From: Clostridiales bacterium
Lineage (GTDB): Bacteria > Bacillota > Clostridia > HGM11327
NCBI GenBank assembly: GCA_015056385.1
Contig: SVGI01000002.1
Coordinates: forward strand, 1,093-65,092
Direction of reading: 5' to 3'
Length of the DNA stretch: 64,000 nt
Below the pieces are notes generated by a model. It was not told the DNA's origin and did no database searches. It worked only from the letters and a program-made list of their open reading frames with translations. Positions 58,077-64,000 of the stretch are shown one piece after another (the stretch's first letter is position 1; each line of letters opens with the position of its first letter). The translations under genes were made by a program, and so were the position numbers.

Positions 58077-58592
58077 TTATCCGAGGATATCGCTGACGTT
58101 CTTACCACGGCGACGTGCGATCTCTTCTGCATCCTTCAACTGTGCAAGACCTGCCATTGTAGCGTTGAGAACGTTACGGGCATTGTTTGTACCGATTGAT
58201 TTAGCTCTTACGTCACGGATACCCGCAAGCTCAAGAACTGCACGAACAACACCGCCTGCGATGATACCAGTTCCCTCGGGAGCGGGCATAAGGATAACCT
58301 TACCGCTGCCGAATTCACCAATGATTCTGTGAGGAATTGTAGTTCCTACACGGGGAACATTGATCATGTGCTTCTTAGCATCTTCAACTGCTTTTCTGAA
58401 GGATTCAGGTACTTCGATTGCCTTACCTGAACCGATACCCACACGGCCATTTTCATTACCTACTACTACGAGAGCAGCCCATCTTGAGTTGCTGCCACCC
58501 TTAGTAACTTTGGTTACTCTTGAATATTTTATCAGCTTTTCCTTTAATTCCGAAGAATTAGAATGATTACGTTCCATTTTCTCTCTCCTCAT
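58077..58592 (-). CDS. rpsE: 30S ribosomal protein S5
   Basis: RVTKVTKGG...VVVGN..GRVGIG.GKA pattern. The start overlaps the rplR stop. Confidence 0.95.
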   Translation of the reverse strand: MRREKMERNHSNSSELKEKLIKYSRVTKVTKGGSNSRWAALVVVGNENGRVGIGSGKAIEVPESFRKAVEDAKKHMINVPRVGTTIPHRIIGEFGSGKVILMPAPEGTGIIAGGVVRAVLELAGIRDVRAKSIGTNNARNVLNATMAGLAQLKDAEEIARRRGKNVSDILG

Positions 58593-58960
58593 CAGAATAC
58601 GAGTCCGGCTTTTCTTGCGCCGTCTGCTACAGCTGCAACTCTGCCGTGATAGATATATCCGCCTCTGTCAAAGACAACTTCTTCAATTCCGTATGCCTTT
58701 GCGCGTTCTGCTGCAACACGACCAACGATTTCAGCTGCTTCTGTTTTCGTCTTGTCCTCGATCTGAGGCTTAACCTCTGAGTCAAGAGTCGACGCCTGAA
58801 CAAGGGTTACGCCCTTAACATCATCGATAATCTGGACGTAAATATTTTTGGAGCTGCGATATACATTCAAACGGGGTCTTTCGGTTGTGCCGCTGATCCT
58901 GTTTCTCATTCTCCTGTGACGTGCAAGACGTCTTGCATTACTGCTTTCCTTACTTACCAT
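58592..58960 (-). CDS. rplR: 50S ribosomal protein L18
   Basis: [18 protein letters not shown]...[14 protein letters not shown]. Confidence 0.95.
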   Translation of the reverse strand: MVSKESSNARRLARHRRMRNRISGTTERPRLNVYRSSKNIYVQIIDDVKGVTLVQASTLDSEVKPQIEDKTKTEAAEIVGRVAAERAKAYGIEEVVFDRGGYIYHGRVAAVADGARKAGLVF

Positions 58961-58981
58961 TTCACATAACTCCTTGCCACA

Positions 58982-59539
58982 TTACTTAGTCGACTTCTTA
59001 CCTTCTTTAACCAAGATGCGCTCGCCATGATAACGTACACCTTTGGCCTGTGCCGGTGAATCTGCATAGGGATTCGGCTTTCTGAAGGCTCTGATCTTTG
59101 CCGCGATGCGTCCTACGAGTTCCTTATCAATACCTTTAACAATAACTGTTGTCTGGTTGGGAACATCAAAGGTAATGCCTGCGGGTTCATCCAAAACGAT
59201 GGGATGTGAGTAACCGAGGTTCATATGAAGAGTATTGCCCTTCTTTTCTGCACGGTAACCAACACCAACGATTTCAAGCTGCTTTGTGAAGCCCTCTGTA
59301 ACACCGATAACCATATTGTTAACAAGTGCACGAGTAAGACCGTGAAGAGCTCTCTGCTCTTTAACGTCTGAGCTTCTGCTGATTGTGAGCTCGTTGTTTT
59401 CCACGTTTGCTGTGATGCCATCCTGGAGACGGTATTCAAGTGAACCCTTAGGACCCTTTACTGTGAGAAGGCCTGTAGCATCAACATCAACTGTAACGCC
59501 TGCGGGAACAACAATAACTTTTTTACCAATTCTTGACAT
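58982..59539 (-). CDS. rplF: 50S ribosomal protein L6
   Basis: MSRIGKKVIVVPAGV..., two-domain L6 pattern. Confidence 0.95.
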   Translation of the reverse strand: MSRIGKKVIVVPAGVTVDVDATGLLTVKGPKGSLEYRLQDGITANVENNELTISRSSDVKEQRALHGLTRALVNNMVIGVTEGFTKQLEIVGVGYRAEKKGNTLHMNLGYSHPIVLDEPAGITFDVPNQTTVIVKGIDKELVGRIAAKIRAFRKPNPYADSPAQAKGVRYHGERILVKEGKKSTK

Positions 59540-59559
59540 TTGTTATCTCCTTTCTCGCA

Positions 59560-59958
59560 TTACCAAACAAAGCAAAGTACTTCGCCGCCCATACCGGCTT
59601 TGCGAGCTTCTTTGTCTGTCATAATACCTGCAGAAGTGGAGACGATTGCAACACCCAAACCATCAAGAACCTTGGGGATCTGTTCCTTCTTCGCATATAC
59701 CCTGAGACCGGGTTTACTAATTCTCTTAAGTCCAAGAATAACGGATTTTCTGTCAGGAGTATATTTGAGGACGATTTTCATCATGTCCATATTATCTTCC
59801 TTAACGATCTTGTATGATTTGATGTATCCCTCGTTTACAAGGATATCCGCTATTGCTATTTTCATTTTTGACACGGGTACGAGAACCGTTTCTTGTCTGA
59901 CAATAAGCGCATTCCTAATGCGTGTCAGCATATCTGCAATGGGGTCTGTAACTGCCAT
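59560..59958 (-). CDS. rpsH: 30S ribosomal protein S8
   Basis: [17 protein letters not shown].... Confidence 0.95.
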   Translation of the reverse strand: MAVTDPIADMLTRIRNALIVRQETVLVPVSKMKIAIADILVNEGYIKSYKIVKEDNMDMMKIVLKYTPDRKSVILGLKRISKPGLRVYAKKEQIPKVLDGLGVAIVSTSAGIMTDKEARKAGMGGEVLCFVW

Positions 59959-59979
59959 TTTGATTCCTCCTGTGTTTTA

Positions 59980-60165
59980 TTACCAGCTTGCTTTCTTAAC
60001 GCCGGGAATCTGGCCCTTGTAAGCCAATTCTCTGAAGCAAATTCTGCAAATACCGAATTTTCTCAAGCAAGCATGAGGTCTTCCACAGATTTTGCATCTT
60101 GTGTATTCCCTGGTTGAATACTTCTGAGCACGCTGCTGCTTAACCTTTAAACCTGTTTTAGCCAT
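59980..60165 (-). CDS. rpsN: 30S ribosomal protein S14, type Z (zinc-binding, 61 aa)
   Basis: CKICGRPHA...CRICFRE Cys4 pattern and the short length. Confidence 0.95.
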   Translation of the reverse strand: MAKTGLKVKQQRAQKYSTREYTRCKICGRPHACLRKFGICRICFRELAYKGQIPGVKKASW

Positions 60166-60185
60166 CTGTATGAATTCCTCCTAAA

Positions 60186-60725
60186 TTACTTCTGAAAAGG
60201 CATACCGAATCCTGCAAGGAGGAATCTGGCCTCTTCGTCTGTTTTAGCCGTTGTTACGATGATAATGTCGAAGCCTCTGATCTTATCGATGGAATCATAG
60301 TTGATTTCAGGGAAGATAAGCTGCTCTTTAATTCCCATTGAATAGTTTCCGCGGCCATCAAATGATGTAGTAGATACACCTCTGAAGTCTCTTGTACGGG
60401 GAAGAGCGATGTTAACAAGACGGTCGAGGAAAGAGTACATCTTATCTCCTCTGAGTGTTGTCATAGCACCAATCTTCTGGCCCGCTCTAACCTTGAAGTT
60501 AGCAACGGATTTCTTAGCCTTTGTCATTACAGGCTGCTGACCTGTAATAACTCTGAGTTCTTCAACAGCCGTATCGAGAAGCTTGGGGTTTTCCTTAGCT
60601 TCGCCGACGCGCATGTTTATGACTATCTTATCAAGTTTCGGTATCTGCATCGGGCTGGAATACTCGAATTTCTTCTGCAAAGCAGGAGCAATCTCGCTTG
60701 CATAAAGCTCTTTTAATCTTTCCAT
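60186..60725 (-). CDS. rplE: 50S ribosomal protein L5
   Basis: Typical uL5 sequence ([20 protein letters not shown]). Confidence 0.95.
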   Translation of the reverse strand: MERLKELYASEIAPALQKKFEYSSPMQIPKLDKIVINMRVGEAKENPKLLDTAVEELRVITGQQPVMTKAKKSVANFKVRAGQKIGAMTTLRGDKMYSFLDRLVNIALPRTRDFRGVSTTSFDGRGNYSMGIKEQLIFPEINYDSIDKIRGFDIIIVTTAKTDEEARFLLAGFGMPFQK

Positions 60726-60744
60726 CTTAGCCTCCTACGCTACT

Positions 60745-61056
60745 TTACTCAATAGTCGCTCCGCAGTGCTTGCACACGCGAACCTTTGAACCATCGTCGT
60801 TCATTTTAACGCTGATTCTTGTAGCCTTCTTGCACTTTGTGCAATAAAGCATTACATCAGAGCAATGAATGGGAGCGGGCTTATCAATGATGCCTGAAAC
60901 ATCCTTAGCATTATTGCTCTTCTTATGTTTTTTAACCATCTTGGCGCCCTCAACGATAACAGTTTCTTTCTTGGGGGCCACTTCGAGGACTTTACCGATA
61001 GTACCTTTAGCACTGCCGGTTATCACCATTACGGTGTCGCCTGTTTTTACGTGCAT
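60745..61056 (-). CDS. rplX: 50S ribosomal protein L24 with a C-terminal Cys4 (CxxC...CxxC) motif
   Basis: KOW motif MHVKTGDTVMVITGSAKG. I prefer the ATG at 61056 (GGAGG RBS 8 nt upstream). The C-terminus has CTKC...19 aa...CKHC. Confidence 0.93.
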   Translation of the reverse strand: MHVKTGDTVMVITGSAKGTIGKVLEVAPKKETVIVEGAKMVKKHKKSNNAKDVSGIIDKPAPIHCSDVMLYCTKCKKATRISVKMNDDGSKVRVCKHCGATIE

Positions 61057-61071
61057 ATCTTTTTCCTCCAA

Positions 61072-61440
61072 TTATAAAACTTCGGGAGCCAAGGAGACTA
61101 TACGCATATAGTCCTTTTCTCTCAATTCTCTGGCAACTGGCCCAAAGATACGTGTTCCTCTGGGCTGCTTCTGGTTGTCAATGATAACTGCTGAGTTCTC
61201 GTCAAACTTAATGTGACTTCCGTCAGGTCTTGTAAGACCTTTTGTAGATCTTACGATAACAGCCTTAACAACGTCGCCTTTCTTAACTACACCACCGGGA
61301 GAAGCGCTCTTAACAGAAGCGATGATAACATCACCAATGTTGCCGTACTTACGGCCGCTGCCGCCCAAAACTCTAATGCACATGATTTCCTTAGCGCCGG
61401 TATTATCGGCAACTGTCAATCTTGTTTGTTGCTGGATCAC
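61072..61440 (-). CDS. rplN: 50S ribosomal protein L14
   Basis: [27 protein letters not shown]. Confidence 0.95.
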   Translation of the reverse strand: MIQQQTRLTVADNTGAKEIMCIRVLGGSGRKYGNIGDVIIASVKSASPGGVVKKGDVVKAVIVRSTKGLTRPDGSHIKFDENSAVIIDNQKQPRGTRIFGPVARELREKDYMRIVSLAPEVL

Positions 61441-61470
61441 TGTTTTTCCTCCTATTCCTTAACGGACCGA

Positions 61471-61731
61471 TCAGTCTGCCTTCTGGAGGATTTCAACAAC
61501 TCTCCAGTGCTTGTTCTTACTGAGCGGACGAGTCTCCATAAGGAGTACTTTATCACCTATAGCACAGCTGTTGCTCTCATCATGAGCCATCATCTTCTTG
61601 GTTGTGTTAACAACCTTGCCATAGAGTTTGTCCATCTTACGTTCTTTTATGGAAACTACTACTGACTTATCCATCTTATTGCTGACGACTACGCCAATTC
61701 TCTGTTTCCTCAAATTTCTTTCTTCGCTCAT
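61471..61731 (-). CDS. rpsQ: 30S ribosomal protein S17
   Basis: [19 protein letters not shown]... pattern. Confidence 0.95.
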   Translation of the reverse strand: MSEERNLRKQRIGVVVSNKMDKSVVVSIKERKMDKLYGKVVNTTKKMMAHDESNSCAIGDKVLLMETRPLSKNKHWRVVEILQKAD

Positions 61732-61748
61732 ATTCCTCTGCCTCCGAA

Positions 61749-61943
61749 TTATGCATCGAGATTTCTCTCGCGAATAATGGTCTTAACCCTTGCGATATCC
61801 TTCTTGAGAAGGTTAATCTGCATAGGATTATCCAATTGGCCTGTTTCATGGCGGAAGCGGAGCGCGAAAAGTTCGCTCTTGAACTCCTTTAATGTACTGA
61901 GCAACTGCTCATCAGTCATTTCTCTTACTTCAGTCACTTTCAT
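61749..61943 (-). CDS. rpmC: 50S ribosomal protein L29
   Basis: 64 aa, [14 protein letters not shown]. Confidence 0.92.
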   Translation of the reverse strand: MKVTEVREMTDEQLLSTLKEFKSELFALRFRHETGQLDNPMQINLLKKDIARVKTIIRERNLDA

Positions 61944-62368
61944 TACTTTTCACCACTCAATTCTTCTTTGCTCACTATCTTGCACTTTATGGGCAATTTG
62001 TGTGATGCCAATCTCAACGCTTCACGCGCAACACTCTCAGAAACGCCGGCCATTTCGAACATTACTGTGCCGGGTTTTACAACTGCTACCCAGTACTCGG
62101 GAGTACCTTTACCGTTACCCATTCGAGTTTCAGCAGGCTTTTCAGTTATAGGCTTGTGAGGGAATATTTTCAACCACACTCTACCGTCTCTCTTAGCATG
62201 ACGTGTCATTGCAACACGGGCAGCTTCGATCTGATTACTTGTTATCCATGAAGGCTCTAACGCTACAAGACCGTATTCACCGTAGGCAATAAAATTATTC
62301 TTATGTGCCTTGCCTTTCATGCGGCCTCTATGCACTCTTCTTCTTTTTACTCTTTTAGGCATTAACAT
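61943..62368 (-). CDS. rplP: 50S ribosomal protein L16
   Basis: [19 protein letters not shown].... Confidence 0.95.
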   Translation of the reverse strand: MLMPKRVKRRRVHRGRMKGKAHKNNFIAYGEYGLVALEPSWITSNQIEAARVAMTRHAKRDGRVWLKIFPHKPITEKPAETRMGNGKGTPEYWVAVVKPGTVMFEMAGVSESVAREALRLASHKLPIKCKIVSKEELSGEK

Positions 62369-62383
62369 ATCGCTTTACCTCCA

Positions 62384-63043
62384 TCACTTCTGTGCCTTAG
62401 CCTTAGGAAGAACCTCTCCCTTGTAGACCCAAACCTTAACGCCGATAGCGCCGTAAGTTGTTCTGGCTGTTGCAGTACCGTATTCGATATCAGCCCTGAG
62501 TGTATGCAAAGGAGTGTTTCCTTCGCTATATGCTTCGCTTGCTGCGATTTCGTTACCGTTAAGACGACCTGAAACCTTGATCTTGATACCCTTGATGTTG
62601 GGACCCTTGTCCGGCTTCATTGCACGGGAAATAGCGGTCTTCATTGCCTTACGGAAGGAAATTCTCTTTTCAAGCTGAGCTGTAATGCTTTCAGCAATAA
62701 GCTGTGCATCTTTATCAACGCTCTTGATCTCGACTATGTTTATGATTGCTTCCTTGTTGGTAAACTTGCTGATATCATTCTTAAGAACGTTAACGTTTTC
62801 ACCGTTCTTACCGATAACGATACCGGGCTTTCCTGTATAGATATTAACCTTTACCTTGTTAGCAGCTCTTTCAATTTCGATCTTGGAGATACCAGCGGCA
62901 TACAGGCGCTCTTTAAGCATTTTACGAAGCTTATAGTCTTCATAAAGAAGATCTGCAAAATCCTTCTTAGAAGCATACCATTTTGTATCCCAGCCTTTAA
63001 TGACTCCGACTCTTAATCCATGGGGATTTACTTTCTGGCCCAC
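62384..63043 (-). CDS. rpsC: 30S ribosomal protein S3
   Basis: [19 protein letters not shown]..., KH domain. Confidence 0.95.
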   Translation of the reverse strand: MGQKVNPHGLRVGVIKGWDTKWYASKKDFADLLYEDYKLRKMLKERLYAAGISKIEIERAANKVKVNIYTGKPGIVIGKNGENVNVLKNDISKFTNKEAIINIVEIKSVDKDAQLIAESITAQLEKRISFRKAMKTAISRAMKPDKGPNIKGIKIKVSGRLNGNEIAASEAYSEGNTPLHTLRADIEYGTATARTTYGAIGVKVWVYKGEVLPKAKAQK

Positions 63044-63058
63044 TTTAGTCTCTCCTCC

Positions 63059-63442
63059 TTATCTTTCATTCAGGATGACCGTTACACGGCTTGTCCTCTT
63101 GTGAATACCTGAAGCGCCACCTTTTGCGCGAGGTATAAAACGCTTAAGTATCGGACCTGCATCCGCATAAATCTCTGCAACATAAAGTCTGTCTGCAGAC
63201 ATCCCGAGATTAACCTCAGCGTTAGCCTTAGCAGAGTTGAGTGCCTTGAGCACTACAGGAGAAGCAGCTCTGTTTGTGTTTGCCAAAATAGCAACTGCCT
63301 CGTCGTAGCTCTTGCCTCTGATAAGATCAATAACTGCTCTTACCTTCTGAGGAGATATGCGAATATCCTTTGCTATCGCCTTCGGTCTTCTATCTTTATT
63401 TTCTGCCCTGCGGGCAGCTTTAACCTTTTCTCTGGTTGCCAT
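63059..63442 (-). CDS. rplV: 50S ribosomal protein L22
   Basis: [26 protein letters not shown]. Confidence 0.95.
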   Translation of the reverse strand: MATREKVKAARRAENKDRRPKAIAKDIRISPQKVRAVIDLIRGKSYDEAVAILANTNRAASPVVLKALNSAKANAEVNLGMSADRLYVAEIYADAGPILKRFIPRAKGGASGIHKRTSRVTVILNER

Positions 63443-63462
63443 TATTCGTCTCTCCTTCCTGC

Positions 63463-63747
63463 TTACCTTGACTTAGAGGTTTTTTCAGCTTTACCAGCGT
63501 GACCCTTGAAGGTTCTGGTGGGAGCGAATTCACCAAGCTTATGCCCTACCATGTCCTCGGTTACATATACCGGCACATGTTTTCTGCCGTCATGAACAGC
63601 AATTGTATGGCCAACAAAATCCGGGAAAATTGTAGAGGCTCTGGACCAAGTTTTGATAACTGCCTTTTTCCCGCTGTTATTCATCTCGACCACTTTTTTC
63701 ATAAGGTGGTCTGCAATATAAGGTCCTTTTTTTACTGAACGACTCAT
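63463..63747 (-). CDS. rpsS: 30S ribosomal protein S19
   Basis: [15 protein letters not shown]...[17 protein letters not shown]. Confidence 0.95.
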   Translation of the reverse strand: MSRSVKKGPYIADHLMKKVVEMNNSGKKAVIKTWSRASTIFPDFVGHTIAVHDGRKHVPVYVTEDMVGHKLGEFAPTRTFKGHAGKAEKTSKSR

Positions 63748-63768
63748 TTTAGTGTAGCCTCCTTCGCA

Positions 63769-64000
63769 TTAACCTTTTTTCTTTCTGCTTACGATATACT
63801 TATCAGACTGCTTGCGCTTTCTGGTTTTGTATCCGAGAGCAGGCTTACCCCACGGTGTCATCGGGCTGGGACGACCAACAGGAGCTCTACCTTCACCACC
63901 GCCATGGGGATGGTCAACGGGGTTCATAACTGAACCGCGTACAGTAGGCTTAATACCCATGTGACGCTTAATACCGGCTTTACCGTAAGAAATGTTCTCA
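63769..64000 (-). CDS. rplB: 50S ribosomal protein L2, C-terminal part (gene continues past the right edge)
   Basis: [15 protein letters not shown]...[19 protein letters not shown]. The reading frame stays open to the window end. Confidence 0.93.
   Translation of the reverse strand, partial: ENISYGKAGIKRHMGIKPTVRGSVMNPVDHPHGGGEGRAPVGRPSPMTPWGKPALGYKTRKRKQSDKYIVSRKKKG

Noticed and set aside
59540-60022. 160-aa plus-strand ORF, and many others like it, across the ribosomal protein operons
   Set aside because: They are antisense to highly conserved ribosomal genes. None has a plausible start context.
1-64000. Searches for CRISPR arrays, tRNA/rRNA genes, transposases, integrases and reverse transcriptases
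   Set aside because: I saw no spaced direct-repeat arrays in the intergenic regions. I saw no cloverleaf-like sequences in the gaps I read. No ORF has DDE, tyrosine- or serine-recombinase, or RT motifs. A manual scan cannot exclude small or degenerate elements.

Overview
This 64 kb window comes from a Firmicute, probably Clostridia or Oscillospiraceae-like. That guess rests on gene order: scr-dnaX-ybaB-recR at the left end, and the S10/spc/alpha ribosomal operons followed by ecfA1-ecfA2-ecfT-truA at the right end. Protein families were assigned from motifs I recognise in the ORF translations. No database search was possible.

Layout:
- 1-4 kb: recR (partial), ybaB, dnaX, a Bacillus-type SRP RNA missing from the ORF track, and folC.
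- 4-7.6 kb: two tandem lipoprotein solute-binding paralogues with mosaic near-identity. They sit behind a consensus promoter whose -35 lies inside a perfect 13-bp palindrome.
- 7.7-11.7 kb: small housekeeping and unknown genes, plus an orphan Sfp-type PPTase.
- 11.7-18.5 kb: glycan-degradation genes (GH3, URO-D-like, a 1027-aa GH-like protein).
- 18.6-23.3 kb: a four-gene ABC-2/GldG/DUF4340 operon.
- 23.7-27.3 kb: a DnaJ-like gene and clpB with a CtsR-like operator.
- 27.6-36.5 kb: an intact phage late module (N4-gp56-type capsid, large structural proteins, XhlA/amidase/holin). It has no terminase, portal, integrase or repressor.
- 36.6-44.2 kb: esterase, gltX, thuA-like, two YD-repeat-like lipoproteins, GH28.
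- 44.25-48.17 kb: a low-GC island. Hand-counted lines give 25-28% GC, against 47-50% in the flanks. It carries an ABC exporter fused to a roughly 330-aa C-terminal domain, and a DUF1611-like gene. Each gene is interrupted by a single in-frame TAA.
- 48.2-64 kb: truA, ecfTA2A1, and the ribosomal/rpoA/secY block. rpmJ is added by hand, and adk is absent.

The two regions most worth following up are the packaging-less phage module and the decaying AT-rich peptide-export/maturation-like island. I cannot show from sequence alone that either is a functional novel system.
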